A stretch of 64,000 nucleotides of DNA from Lama guanicoe. Lineage: Eukaryota. Of this stretch, positions 11,831 to 25,306 are shown in pieces. A model generated the notes under the pieces. It made no database searches, was not told the origin of the DNA, and was given only the letters and a program-made list of their open reading frames with translations. Each line of letters starts with the position of its first letter. Within the stretch, counting starts at the first letter, position 1. The stretch is from the NCBI GenBank assembly GCA_013239625.1, contig MU054187.1, forward strand, positions 24,678,433-24,742,432. Reading direction: 5' to 3'. Position numbers and translations under genes: made by a program.

Positions 11831-13394
11831 TAGTAAAATTAACTACTCCAAATTTTCCCTACTTATAGCACCTAATAAATTACATCACTATTGCTAGCTT
11901 CTCCATTGGCTACATTTGTGATATTAAATAATATAATTAAATGTGTATTTCTTGTTTCAGGCAGTATCCCTTCACTTTGTCAAATAAGAATATTGTATCC
12001 CATACCATTCTCTTCATCTCTCTTTTTCTCTTTTACATGATCACATTTAACATTCATAACCTGTTCTGTAGTCACAGTTAAAGGATTCTTGCTTTGTCTA
12101 CAAGTGAACTGTAAATCTGAAAATCGGTAAACAATGTACATGTGGTATCTGCCCAGGCAAGTTGTAGTCTATGACTATATATATATATGTTTTTGTATAC
12201 TTTGTGCTATACACCTTCACCCCTACTAGCCTCCTGCCTTTTCCTTTTTGTCTTGAATTGTCTATTTTTATGACATCATTAGTATACGTTTCTCCAACAC
12301 TTTCAGGATACTTGCACATCTGGGAACACTTTTGTTTCTACAGAAAGTTCTCCTACATCTCTGTAGCCTCCTTTCAATTAGGATGGGTGGCTCTCAGTTC
12401 TGCTGCACAGTTGTCATCCTGGAACTTGCCCTTACTGCTTTGCTGAGTTAGCTCCATTGTTCATACATCCACTCTGCTCCAATTTCTCAGGCAACTCCCT
12501 TGTTCTACCAGCTAGCATTCTCAAGTACCGTCCTAAAAAAAAAGAGTATTTGGGAGATAAAACTTTCTCAGTTAGTGTTTAATTTTCTTTTTTATTCTGC
12601 CCCCATATGTTGTCCATAGTTTGGCTGGGTATAGAATTCCAAGTTCAAAGTCATTTCCCTGACTTGGGAAAGTGGAACTCTTAGGGAATTATTTAGCTCC
12701 TAATACCCTGTCCTGTTGATGAGAAGTCTATTAGCAGCCCGATTCTCATTCCCTTATGGAAGACCTCTCTTTGCTCTCTGGAATCTTTTAGGATATTCTG
12801 TTTACTCTTGCCATCCTGAATGGTACACGCCTACATGCAGGGTTTTTTGTTTGTTTCTTTCTTTTCTCCTGCTTAGTGCTCAGCAGATCTTACACATTTG
12901 CAGACTCATGTCTCCCTTTAGTTCTGTATTTTTTTTTGTTGTAAGTTTCATCCAACCGTTTTCTCAGTTCTATTCTGATGTTGGAAACGTCAGTTAATTC
13001 TGTATAAATTATTTTGTCATACTTTCTGTCTCTGACTACTGTTCTCTACTTTCCTCCTCTTCTCTAATCTTGTACTAATGCAAATTGAGCCTACAAGCTG
13101 ACCTCACAGGCAATGGGGCAGAGAAATGAGTCAAAACTCATGTTTCTTCCTTCCATTTAGTTAAAGGCTTATCCAACATCAGCCCTGCTGGCTGGGTGAG
13201 TGAATGTTACCTATGGTGGTGTGAGCAGAGAAACAAAGTTTCTGACGGTATGGACTTACATTGTAGTAGAGAGAGACAGACAATAAATAAAGTGTTGCAC
13301 GTCAGGTGTAGTTCTAGAGCAAGCAGCTGTAGCGGAAGCTTTCAAGGAGGCAGGCAGCGTCTTGGCCGCAGATGGGCAGCAGCAATCTTGGTGG

Positions 13395-13920
13395 TTTGGG
13401 GGCCCAGAGTAGACCCCCAAAATATGCCTCAATAGCATGTTGATTGTTTTGAATTACAGTTACTGAAGAAATGGCCAGCGCAAGAGGGGACTCTGACTCT
13501 CCTTTCTATGTTCCTGAAAGCAGGAAATAAATCTCTCATGCGAAAGATGCACTCCCTGCATCTGGAACTTCCCCGACACCCTTTCACCAAAGATAGGGAA
13601 TTTGGGGCCGAGAAGACTATATCAACAAACCTTGCTACTTTAATACCCGAAGCCCAAACTGTTTAGATTCTTCACTAATTGGGCACCCAAAACCTAATCC
13701 TTTGTCCTGTCAAATGCTTACAAATTTACTGTTTCTTTGCCTAAAAATGATAAAAGCTGCTTGTTTTTAGCCACTTCTTAGGTCCTATTTCTGTGAGATC
13801 TCCATGTGCCTGAATTAGAATTTGTTTCTTTTTCTCTTGTTAATCCCTCTTATGTCAATTGTATTAGCCTCGTGATAAAAACTCAAAACAGTTACAAGGG
13901 GAAATTCCGCCTCCCAGACA
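13395..13920 (+). mobile_element. ERV1 solo LTR with a 4-bp TSD (GTGG), inserted in an older LTR-like element
   Basis: GTGG at 13391-13394 and 13921-13924. Ends in ...ctcccagaca. Contains a TATA-like gataaaagctgc and ERV1-LTR-like composition. Confidence 0.8.
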
Positions 13921-14569
13921 GTGGACTGCTCGTGCTGTCTTTGGGTACTTTCTCAGAGTTCTCTACCTATGCTTCTGCAGCCCTCCTACGATTCTTCAAT
14001 ACCCCGTAAAAATTCTTTTTATCCTTAATCTATCTAAAGTGAATTTGATGAGTTCTGTTCTCTGTGACTGTACCTGACTGCTATAATAATCATAAAAATA
14101 AATTGTATTTTTACCAAGCAGTCCCCTTGATATTTTTCTTTCTCTTCCCTGAGTTCAAACTTGCACGAGCAAACTTCATTATAAGTACCCAGGACCAACT
14201 TCTGTCCCCAGTTTTCTGTGTAGTCATGGAAGCATTTTTTAAAATTTGCCATCTAGGTGGAGAATGGAACTGATGAGAATCCCAAACTGACAGCTAAACA
14301 GAGGTATTCACTGTACCAAAAAGTATCAAAGGGCTTGAGAACAAGAAATCTGAAAAGTATCTGAGCTTCTCAGAGTTTCAATAAAGGAGAAACTGTTTTC
14401 CTAGAATGGTTTCTAGAACCTTCTATAACTGAGTCTTAGTCTACCCAACTACCACATGGAAGATGGTCCACTGACAGAGTTACCTAATTTGTGAAATACA
14501 ACAGTTTATTTTGAATAATTTACATTAATTTTTGTTTGTTTGTTTGTCTCTAGAAAATGCAAAAATATA

Positions 14570-14917
14570 CTATCTTGGTCAGCTCAAGTTGCCATAACAA
14601 AATGCTACAGACTGGGTGGCTCAAACTCAGACACTTGTCTTCTCACAGTTCTGGAGTCTGGAAGGTCTGAGATCAAGGTGCCTGCTGGCTCGGCTCCTGG
14701 TGAGTGCTTTCTTCATGGCTTGCTGCCCTCTCCTGCATCCTCACCTGGCAGAAAGAGAGGGCTCCTCTTCTTCTAACGTACCAGCCCCACTGGATTACAG
14801 CCCTCATTTAACCTCGATTACCTCTTTACAGACCCTATCTCCAAATACAGTCATATTGGGTTAGGGCTTCAGTATATAAATTGGTGGGTGGGGAGCATAA
14901 TTCAATTCAGGGCACAA
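14570..14917. mobile_element. MLT1A-like MaLR LTR
   Basis: gccataacaaaatgctacagactgggtggct...ctcacagttctggagtctggaaggtctgagatcaaggtgcc...gggttagggcttca. Confidence 0.8.
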
Positions 14918-15537
14918 ACTTCCTAGAATTTTTATTTTAGAAAATGTAAAAATATTTTAAAAAATACAATCCAGATTAAGCCCAAGATTTGATGTGCCCA
15001 CTTTATTTGATCTGAAAATACCACAGGAAAACTCAAAGTGAAAACAATCCATAAAAGAAAAGTTATATAAAGTACTTATAAACCTTCTTACAGTTTTAAA
15101 TATTTCAGTTCTCTGAATTGGCATAGCTTTCACAAATTTAGTTCCTTTAAAGGGATAATATTATTAATAATAACAGAAAATTAACTTATGCTTCACTTTC
15201 TGAAACAACATTAAAGTACAATGAACATTAAGCTGTCAATAATTCAGAGAAAAACAAAAAAATTTACATACATCTATTTTTTCTCTTAGATTGTGTAATC
15301 CTGGAGGAAGGCTGAGTTCTACAATTTTCTTCTAGGCTTTGCAGACTGAAATATCTGCCAAGTGCAGGTATTAGTTTGTTCAATGACAACATTTAGCAAA
15401 ACTTGAGAACTTAAAAAACTATTTAAAAACAGAAACTGATGTATCTCAGATTTTAACTTCAAAAATAATTAAGGCTTTTGGGGGAGGGCAGACAGAAAGA
15501 CAGCTCTGTATAATAGTTTATGCAACAAATCACTTCT

Positions 15538-15562
15538 TGTGTGTGTGTGTGTGTGTGTGTGT
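15538..15562. repeat. (GT)n microsatellite
   Basis: Uninterrupted TG run. Confidence 0.95.
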
Positions 15563-15759
15563 TTTAATTTCTTTAAAATACTGAATAGGGACACGCATTA
15601 CTCCCTTCTTTTCTAACTTTTCTTGCATCACAGTCACCTGGAGGGAGAATAAAAAATACACATTTCTGCCCTTGCTGCTCCTTGAAAAGGACTCGGTGAA
15701 TCTTGGGCGGGGCTGAGCACCTAGATTTTTAATCAGTGATGCCATTGACTTAAGGAAGG

Positions 15760-16940
15760 GGAACCGCAGTCGTGCGGCCGGACTTCTCGCATCAGACCCA
15801 CTGGGGTGGGGCCTGGGGCACCTGCGGTTCGGTGAGTCCCCCAGGAGACTGTGATGCAGCGTCAGCAGCGGAAAGCACACGGAAGCTCAGGGCGTCGGCG
15901 CCCAGGCCACCGCGGGGAGAGGCGCTGAAGTGAGTTTCCTGGGGCGGGGATCTCGGTCCTTCCCGGGCGTCCTCGGCGTGGGGCCGGCGCACACCGACCC
16001 CGGAGACACCCAGGTGCCCGGGTCGCGGAGGCCGTGCGGCGCGCGAGGACTCCCGCCGCGCCGTCCCGCCACCGCGGTTAGCAGCTCTTCCTCCTCGCCT
16101 CGTCAGCGGGCCCTCTCGAAGCGCATCCGCCCCGCTCCGCTCACCCCCCCACCCCAGGCCGCGGGCCGGGCGCACGCGGAGGGGCGGCGCGGCGCAAGCC
16201 GGGGCCCGGGACCCAGGACCCGGCACCCGGCACCCACCTCGGCCCCAGCCCCCGATCAGGCCCAGCCCCGCGCCCCGGCCGCGGCTCCACCAATCCGGGG
16301 CCTCGCCCGCCGCCGCCGCCTCCGCACCTGCGAGGAGGAGCCCGCGCGCCTCCGCCGCAGCCGTCGCAGCGTCCCCGCCCCGCTCCGCCCCCACCGCGGC
16401 TCCCGGAGAGCGTCCGCCGCCCGCGTCTGGCTGCCTGCAGGCGAGGAGCGGAAGCCGCCGGCCCGAGGCGGACTCCGCCGCTCCGGAGCCCGGCCGGCCC
16501 CCGAGCTGCGGCTTCCGGGCAGCCGCGCCACGGCGAGGCTCGGGGCGCGACCCCGCGGACGGAGGCGCTCGGCTTCCCGGTGCGCCACGCTCCATGCCTG
16601 TGTGGTGCTGCCGCTGCTCCCTGGCCGCTCATTTCAGGTGACTTCTGCTCCGGGGGAGGAAGGGGAGCGGGCGGGGGGGCAGGGCCGCCGGGCCCCGCGG
16701 CAGGGCCGGGGCCGCGCGGGGTCTGAAACTGGGGGCGAGCCGGGGGCGGAAGGCTGGCGCCCGGACTGCGGCCGCCTCCCGCCTCGGCCGCGGCTTCCCC
16801 CGGGCCCTGCCTAGTCCAGGCTCCCGCCTCGGCTCCTCGCTCTGGGGGACTCGCCTCCGTTGTCCCCTGTTCCTCTCGCTGGACCACGCCGGTCACGGGA
16901 CTGCGGGACCGGCTAGGCCCGGATAGAGTCGGTTACTGCG
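15760..16940 (+). promoter_or_regulatory. OSGIN2: CpG-island promoter of OSGIN2
   Basis: Very GC- and CpG-rich. CCAAT at 16290-16294 and CCGCCC GC-boxes near 16127 and 16375-16390. Encloses coding exon 1. No TATA box seen. Confidence 0.9.
16594..16637 (+). CDS. OSGIN2: OSGIN2 coding exon 1 (MPVWCCRCSLAAHF-R)
   Basis: ATG at 16594 and donor AG|GTGACT. The 44 nt are phase-compatible with exon 2 and match the remembered mammalian OSGIN2 N-terminus. Confidence 0.9.
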
Positions 16941-17435
16941 AACTGAGACTTCTCAGTAGTGCAAAGTTTGAGTGAAGGCTTGTGAATGGCCTCCCAGCCT
17001 TCCACGCACACCTTAAATCTTTTTTTTCTTTAAAAAAAATCTAATAACCGAAGTTACTAGGTTGAAGGGAAATAGGGAATTATGTTTTAAGTGTGCATCT
17101 AGTTCCAAATAGGTTCTGACCTAGTAAGGTGTTAAGTCACTGTAAGTCACATATATTGTATGAAATTTGAAAAGTGTGGCGATTCTAGACTAACATTTTG
17201 AGAAAGTTTTTAGGGGTGGTACGGATAAAACGTTTTAAAATAGAAGTGAATGTTATATCTAGCGGAGTTGGCTACTTCAGTTATGGAAAGACCAAAAACA
17301 ACTTGAAACTGGTTTTCATCCTGGGGTGAAGAAATGTTAAGCTTAGCGAAGACTTTAGAAAGTGCCTTTCTTTACATATATGAATGTGTTAAAATAATGA
17401 TATGCAAAACGTCTTTTGTAAAATACGAAATTCTG

Positions 17436-17880
17436 ATCAAGAGTTCTAAAATTGGGCTGCATGTATAGGCTTTAGGTGACCCGTGAACTTGGATGTAAAG
17501 AAAGGTACCAGGAATTTTCACTCAGCTTGAACCAAAACCTGTCTTCTTCAGTTATGAATATAAGCAGTAAATCACAGTAGTGTTTGTGACTTTGTCATTG
17601 TAGAAATCACAATTATTTTCATATCACATTAGTTGTTGCAGATACCTAGAAATACTGTTTGCTTATTTCTTCAAGATTACAGTAATTATTATACATCACT
17701 GAACTTGTTACTAAGTACAGTACAGAAATACATAAAAACGTGTCACAAGTTTACTTTTAGTAACTGTTACTAGTTTCCTTGTAAATCCTATTGTGTTTAA
17801 TGATATTCAAAGAAGAGGTCCAGAGGCTTCAGCAAATCTCAGAAGAGGTGTAACGCACAGAGAAGACTCAGTATTCCTGA
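17436..17880. mobile_element. hAT/Charlie-like DNA transposon fossil
   Basis: Degenerate Charlie-like termini, recognised by eye only. Confidence 0.4.
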
Positions 17881-19504
17881 TGTAACAGAGCAGCACTCCT
17901 GGCTTGCCCACCTTCTCAGTGAGTTTTATAGGAGTCTCTAAATTCTGAATATTAAAAATTGTTTTATGTAATAAACAGTGGGATTTTAAGTTCCAAGCAA
18001 ATTTGTTTGTTACCTGCTTGGCAGACAGTGATGTGAGAGTAGCAGATCCACGTTGGCGAGCTTTAGAAAACAAGTTCCCCTAGTGAAAATTTGCTAAACT
18101 GAAGCCCCAGAGAAAATAACACGCCTTTCAAAAAAAATACTGTCCAAAAGCTTTTTGACACCTTTAGGTACAGTTGAATTCTGAGGACACAGCTTGGTAT
18201 TCATATCCATTCAACTGACCCTAGATATTGAATACCATATGCTTACCTCTTTGTACAGAAATTTGGAGGCGGGGATGAAAACAAGATATTTGCCGTATTT
18301 TGATCTTGAAGAATAAAGGAAAACAAGTCTACTGGCCAATGGATAAAAATTGTAATTGATAGACCGTATTTCCATTGTAAGAATAGCTCTATCTTATTTA
18401 AAATTTTGCAAAGACAACATTTATTTATTATTTAAAACAGTTCCTTAGAAAGAGATTTATAACTTACTAAAACCTTTTCTGAGCAATTTCATTAGGAAAA
18501 CACATTTTAAAACCAGTTGCGACAGCATTTACATCTCCGATCTTGTCTAATATCCGAAAGGCTGAGTATTGTGAGACCACTGTCTACTTAACTTTTCAAG
18601 GGAGGAAACTCCCATACTTTCTGTTCTGGAAGATGACGCGTGTGACTTTAGAACCTTCTTTTCCTACGGTAGTCTCACTTGGGTAACAGTCCAGGGTCAT
18701 ACTTTCAATGACTGAGAACCCAGGGAGTAAAGCATTTCGTTTTAGTTTGAATGGTCATTTAAAGAAGTTTTGCTGGATGCGAAAGAAGTCTCTGTTATTC
18801 ACATATTATGTCTGTGCTCCTTTTAAATTTGTTTTGAATCTTTGGACCATGTTTCAAAAACAAACCTGGAAGGCATCTAAAATCATCTGAAAAATAATCT
18901 TTTTTAACTTGATGCCTAACCATAGGGTAACTTTTTGCATATGTGTAAAGTTTTGTTCTTTACTGTTTTCCTAAAATTTAATTATATGTGTTTTCCAATT
19001 TAATTAGTTCCCCAAATAAAAGTAGATTTTTTTAAATTACTCAGTATAATATTTCTTATAAGTAGAACGAACATTCAGCAAATTGGATTCCTAAGTGGGT
19101 ATTTACACTGCTCACTGACTTGTGAAATAGTATGCAGATACTGTAGAATATATACAGCAATATAAAATTTAAAATTTAGGCTCTGAAATTTTTAGAAAGA
19201 ATACTTACTAGCAGGCCTTTGTTTCGTTGATGCTTTATGTAAATTCAGTGGACCTTATTTTCATTTTTTGCTTCTCTTAATTCAGTTTTTCATGCCTCTG
19301 TTAAACCAGTATTTATCAAATACCATACAAGTTTATTACAAATAATTTATACCACTATTATGGATTATATACCCAAAGATTATACCAGTTAGTAGAAAAT
19401 CAACACGTATTACTTATACTGTGTAGAGAATTAAGATAAGCTAAAACTTTGTGTGTACTTTACTTGAGTCTTGGGAGAGACTAGAGTCAAATTGGTTGAT
19501 GCCC

Positions 19505-21360
19505 ACAGACACACAAAAATCTACTAGACCTAGTAAATGAATTCAGTGATACTGCACAATATAAGATCAACATACAAAAATCCATTGTATTTCTGTACAC
19601 TAACAGTGAACAATCTGGCAAGGGAATTAAAAAACAATTCCATTTATACTAGCACCAAAAAGAAGGAAATATTTAGGAATAATTTAACAAAAGGAAGGTG
19701 AGAATTGTACATGGCAAATGAGAAAACATTGCCGAGAAGAATGAAAGAAGGCCAAAATAACTGAAAAGGAACCCCATGTTCTTGGATTGAAAGGCTTAGT
19801 ATTCTTAAGATGGCAGTATTCCTTGAATTGATCTATAAAAATATACTCCTATCAAAATCCCGGCTGCCTTTTTTCTCTAGAAACTGATGAGCAGATCCTA
19901 AAATTCACATGGAATTGCAAGGAACCCAGAATAGCAAAGGCAATCTTGAAAAAAGAACAGAGTTGGAGGATTCACACTTCCTGATTTCAGAACTTCCTAC
20001 AATATTCCAGAACTTACTGGAATAAAGATAAACGTAGATCAGTGGGACAGTAGTGAGAGTCCACACATGAGTCCCTCTGTTTATGGTCGGTTCATTTCCG
20101 TGGGATCCCAGGGAAGTAACAGTCTCTTCAGCAAATGGTGCCAGGAGAAGTGGATATCCACAAGCAAAAGAATCGAGTTGGACCGCTCCCTCACACCATA
20201 TGCAAATATTAACTCAGCATGGACGAAAGACCTGCGTGTAAGAACCAGAACTGTAAAACCGATAGAAGAAAACAGGTTTGTGATCTTAGATTAGGCAGTG
20301 CTTTTTTTTTTAGATATGGCACCAAAAGTACAGCAGTAAAAGAAAAAAAAATTAATTGGACCTGATCAAAAATGAAAACTTTTGTGATTCAAAAGATAAT
20401 ATAAAGAAAGTGAAAAGACAGCCCGCAAGATGGGAGAAAGTATTTGCAAATCATATATCCGAAAAGGGACTTGTATCCAGGACATATAAAGAATTTTGAA
20501 AACTTAACAATACAAAACACAGCTTAGTTGGAAATTGGGTATGTAATTTGAATATTTCTCCAAAGAAGATTGCAGATGCTCAATAAGCACGTGAAGAGCT
20601 GCTTACCCTTATTTATTAGTCATTAGGGAAATGCTTGTCACAGCTGCAGTGAGATGCTATTTTATACCTGCTAGAGTGGCTAAAAAAAGACAGTAACAAG
20701 TGTTGGTGAGGATGTGGAAACACTGGAACATCCTATCCCTGGTGGGAATGCAGGATGGTGCAAACGTGGGAAACTAGTTTGCTAATTCCTCGAGCTGTCA
20801 CACGTAGCGCTTATGGCCCGGCCATTGCGTGCACTTCTGAGAACATACCTCAGGGAAATGAAATCATTTGGCCACACAAAAATGTTTACACGAATGTTCA
20901 TAGCAGCATTATCTGTAATAGCCAGGAAGTGGAAACCATTCGGCTCATTAACTCATGAGAGGGTAAACAAAAGGTATTAACGGTTGTACAGTGGGATGGT
21001 ATTCTGGCATAAAAAAGAATGAAGTACCAATACATTTTACAACATGGGTGAACCTTGAAAACATGCTAAGTGGAAGAAGCCAAACACAAAAAGGCCACAT
21101 AATGTACGAGGGATTCCATTTATTTGAAATTTCCAGAGTAGGCACATCCAGGAAGACAATAGATTAGTGGCTGCCAGGAGCTGGGGGAAGGGGAAAATGG
21201 GGAATGAATGCTAATGGGTGCAAAGTATAATTTTGGGGTGGTAGAATTTTTCTGGAATTAGTGGTGGTGATTGCAAAACCTTGTGACTGTACTAAAAGCC
21301 CTGAATTGTACACTTGAGAAGGGTCAGTTTTATGGTATGTGTATTACATCTCACTGAAAG
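19505..21360 (+). mobile_element. L1 (L1MB-like), 3' half of ORF2 plus 3' UTR, decayed
   Basis: ORF2-like peptide SLFSKWCQEKWISTSKRIELDRSLTPYANINSAWTKDL and L1 3' UTR motifs. Confidence 0.9.
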
Positions 21361-23331
21361 TCTTTTTTGTTTGTTTTTTTAAAAGTGTTTTCCAATCTCC
21401 CTCTATCTACCAGGTCTAAGGCCTGATCAAATGATCTGTTTTTCTGATGTTTTTGAGCTGTTGAAAACTTTGTCTTTCTTGATTAATAAAAGTCCAACAG
21501 AGGAGGCATTTTATTTGTCTTAACCTCTTAAATGTTTTCTTAATATCTATCAATTATTTGAGAGGTTAAGTCCAGTATAATGAAAGATCCTTGTAAAATG
21601 GATAGTCTGTTTATAGCATTGATAGCTGTATTAAAATTCTGAGGCCTGCCAGAAAAAAAGGGGGGGGGGAGAGGGTTGCTTGAGACTTCTTGACTTAGAG
21701 TATTAAATGGCTCTTGATAAGTTATAGAAAAATCGAATTCTCCTGTACCTTTAAGCAAAAATGATTTGGAGTTTAAGCCAGAACTTCTCTTCTCGCCATG
21801 GTTGGATTGTTCTTAAGGAGTTTAAATATTAAGTATTCATTTCACAGTATTTATTTGTAGACTTAAACTAGCCAAGGCATTTTAGATCATTGAGTTTTGC
21901 TTATAAAATCAAATATGATGGGAACTGCTAAAATGCCTTCCTTCAGTCATTCAAAGGATCATTAGTTCTTAGCATGTAGGGGACATCAGATAGTATTCAT
22001 GTGGTCTAGCTTAAGTTTGTGTCATCTCAAGTTGACCCTAACCCCTATAATATCCCCCATTTTAATAATATGAAACATTTGTTAAGCTTTGAGGAGACAT
22101 CTTTTTAATTACCAGAAACTTTGTAAGAGTGATGATCATTTTGATTAACTACATCCCAGGTTGTATATATGGAAGCAGTGGTGTCTGAGGTAGGGGTGTC
22201 AGGAGGGAACTGACCGTGAGGTCTCCCTCTACTGAGAAAGAACTGTGGCTTTTACAGCAACCACAGTATTGAGTCCTTGGTGTCCAAAAGGACTTTCATC
22301 AGAAGCATCCAAATGAGGCTGGGGGAACTGTCCTGGGCACACACTTAGGGGCAGTGTCAGGGGCAGGCCCAGGTATAACACAGTCATGCTGAGTTCAGTT
22401 GCCAAGAAGCAGGAGAAGGCAAGACAGCTAGTCCACCTGGATTTGATCAGAGGCAGTAGGTGGAATGACCTGAGAGGGGTAGATCGAGCATAAGACACTT
22501 CCAGGGTCGGGCTTGCAGTGTGAGGAGGGGCTTTCCTTAGTGGCCATATCCAAAGGTTAGCTCTTCTGGCCAAAAGGCGCCATGTATCATTAGGGGAGTC
22601 CAAATATTGGGGGTAGGAAAGCTGTCAAGTGTATCCTGGGGAATGCTGCCCCGTCCTAGGGTAGTTTGGGAACTTTGAAGGGTATAGGGAAGCAGAAGTC
22701 TTGGTCTGTGCCTAATTCCATTTCTAATCCTCCTCCAGGATCAGTGAGTCCTATGAAATAACAGATCCATACCCCGAATTATCATTTCGGGAACAGCGAT
22801 AAGCAGTCACCCACTAGTCAGTACTCAGTTTAATATTTTCAGACACTGGCCTGTTTCTGACTTTATGAGAATGAAGACTAACTCAGGAGTTCTATTCTGA
22901 AGTAACCCCTAATGTAATGCAGCGCATCAGCTGTTGGGAGGGGACTCCCTTTCCTGCACGAGCACGTCAGAATACCAAAACCAGCTTCTGGGGAGGCAGC
23001 TGGAAGAGATGGTAGATTGGAAATCAGTATTAAGATTTTTTCCACTTTTCAGTATCTCTTTGAGAAAAGGTGTGTAAACCTTATTTCTTTTACCAAAGTG
23101 CAAAATTTTCTAATTTATAAGTACAGTAAATTTTCCTTAAAATATATGTGACTGTTTTGTTCCAAATATGCTTCCTCTAATACACTTTTTTATTGAGAAA
23201 AAAAGTGAAAGAGAAACTTGATATTCCTAGATCTCAGAGAATCACAAATGTCCCTAATATAATGCTGTGTATTAAAAATAACTTCTTATTTAAGACTTGC
23301 CTTCAAGATACTAAAGAGACATTAGCAGCTG

Positions 23332-23660
23332 CAGTCGGCTCTCCATATCCATGGGTTCCGCATCCATGGATTCAGCCAACTGTGGATCAGAAATACTCAG
23401 GAAGGAAGAAATTCCAGAAAGTTCCAAAAATCAAAACTTGAATTTGCTGCATGCTGGTAACTACACACATAGTATTTACATTGTATTAGGCATTATACGT
23501 AACCTACAGATGACTTAAAGTATATGGGAGGATGTAGGTATGTTATATGCAAATAATAAGCCATTTTATATAAGGGACCTGAGCGTCCATGCATTTTGGT
23601 ATTTGAGGAGGGGGAGTGAGGTCCTGGAACAAATCCCCCTTGGATACCGAGGGACAGCTG
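23332..23660. mobile_element. MER2-type (Tigger-derived) MITE
   Basis: Terminal inverted repeats cagtcggctctccatatcc...ggataccgagggacagctg with the characteristic MER2 interior. Confidence 0.85.
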
Positions 23661-23839
23661 TATTTAGGATTTCTGACAAAGAGGTGTACGTTGACATTAG
23701 CTAAGCTGCTTATTTGAAAGCATTAATCAGAGAGATTTCCTTTTCTCCTTTTATGGAATTATTGAATATTTTACAGCCTAAATAAAATCTGATTAAAGAC
23801 TTTTTTTTTTAGGATCAGCTTATTGAGTTATATGGGGAT

Positions 23840-25075
23840 TTTTTTTTGTTTTATTTATTTATTTATTATTGAAGTATAGTTGATTTACAATGTGTTAGTT
23901 TCTGGTCTACAGCATAGTGATTCGGTTTTATATGTATATATTCTTTTTCACATTCTTTTTCATTATGGGTTATTATAAGCTATTGAATATAGTTCCCTGC
24001 GCTATACAGTAGGATCTTATTGTTTATGTATTTTATATATAGTAGTTTGCATCTGCTAATCCCAAACTCCTAATTTATTGTCCCCCTTTCCCCTTTGGTA
24101 ACTGTAAGTTTGTTTTCTATGTCTGTGAATCTGTTTCTGTTTTGTACATCTTAAGTTCATTTGTATCTGTTTTTTAGGTTCCACATATAAGTGATATCAT
24201 ATATTTGTCTTTCTCTGTCTGACTTACTTCACTTAATATGATAACCTCTGGGTCCATCCATGTTGCTACAATGGCATTATTTGGTCTTTTATAGCTGAGT
24301 AGTACTCCATTATATACCCTAACTTCTTTACCCAGTCATCTGTCACTGGACATTTAGGTTGCTTCCATGTCTTGGCTATTGTAAATAGTACTGCTGTGAA
24401 CATTGGGGTGTATAGATCTATTTGAATTAATTTTCCCCAGATATGTGCCTAGGAGTGGGATTGCTAGATCATATGATAAGTCTGGTTTTAGTATTTTAAG
24501 GAATCTCTATTTTGTTTTCCATAGTGGGTGCACCAAACTACATTCCTACCAGTACTGTAGGAGGGTTCCCTTTTGTCCGTACCCTGTCCAGCATTTATCA
24601 TTTGTGGACTTTTTAGTGATGACCATTCCGACCAGTGTGAGGTGATACCTCACTGCAGTTTCAGTGTGCACTTCTCTGATACTTAGCAGTCGTGGGCGTC
24701 TTTTCACATGCCTGTTGGCCATCGGCGTGTCTTCATTGGAGAAATGCCTGTTTAGGTCTTCTGCCCATTTTTTGATTGGGTGGTTGTTTTTTGTGTGTGT
24801 TAACTGAGTTGTATGAACTGTTTATATATTCTGAAAGGTAAGCCCTTGTCAGTTGCATCATTTGCAAATATTTTCTCCCATTCCATAGGTTGTCTTTTCA
24901 TTTTGTTTATGATACCCTTTGCTGTGCGAGAGCTTATAAGTTTAATTACCTTCCATTTGTTTATTTTTGCTTTTATTTCTGTTGCCTTGGGAGACTGACC
25001 TTAAGAAAACATTGCTACGATTTATGTCAGGGAATGTTTTGCTAATGTTCTCTTCTAGAAAATTTGTGGTGTCCT
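23840..25075 (-). mobile_element. 5'-truncated L1
   Basis: T-rich tail, ttattgaagtatagttgatttacaatg 3' end and antisense ORF2 end. Confidence 0.9.
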
Positions 25076-25151
25076 AAGACAGAGTTTTATAAAGATTTTA
25101 TTTTGACTGTGTATCTCTTGTGTTGTTTTTGTTCCTTTTTTTTTTTTTAAG

Positions 25152-25306
25152 AAACTATAGTGACACTGAAACTGAAGGAGAGATTTTTAATTCCTTGGTG
25201 CAATATTTGGGTGATAATTTGGGGCGAAAAGTTACAGCTATGCCATTGGTTGAAGAAACTTCTTTACTTGGAGATTCATCAGTGACTTTGCCTGTGGTAG
25301 TAATAG
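25152..25306 (+). CDS. OSGIN2: OSGIN2 coding exon 2 (NYSDTETEGEIFNSLVQYLGDNLGRKVTAMPLVEETSLLGDSSVTLPVVVI-G)
   Basis: Polypyrimidine tract plus AG acceptor and G|GTAAGT donor. 155 nt. Confidence 0.95.

Noticed and set aside
15792..16896. Long overlapping ORFs of 251-294 aa on both strands
   Set aside because: They are low-complexity Arg/Pro/Gly/Ala frames expected from stop-codon scarcity in a CpG island. The real coding exon is 16594-16637.
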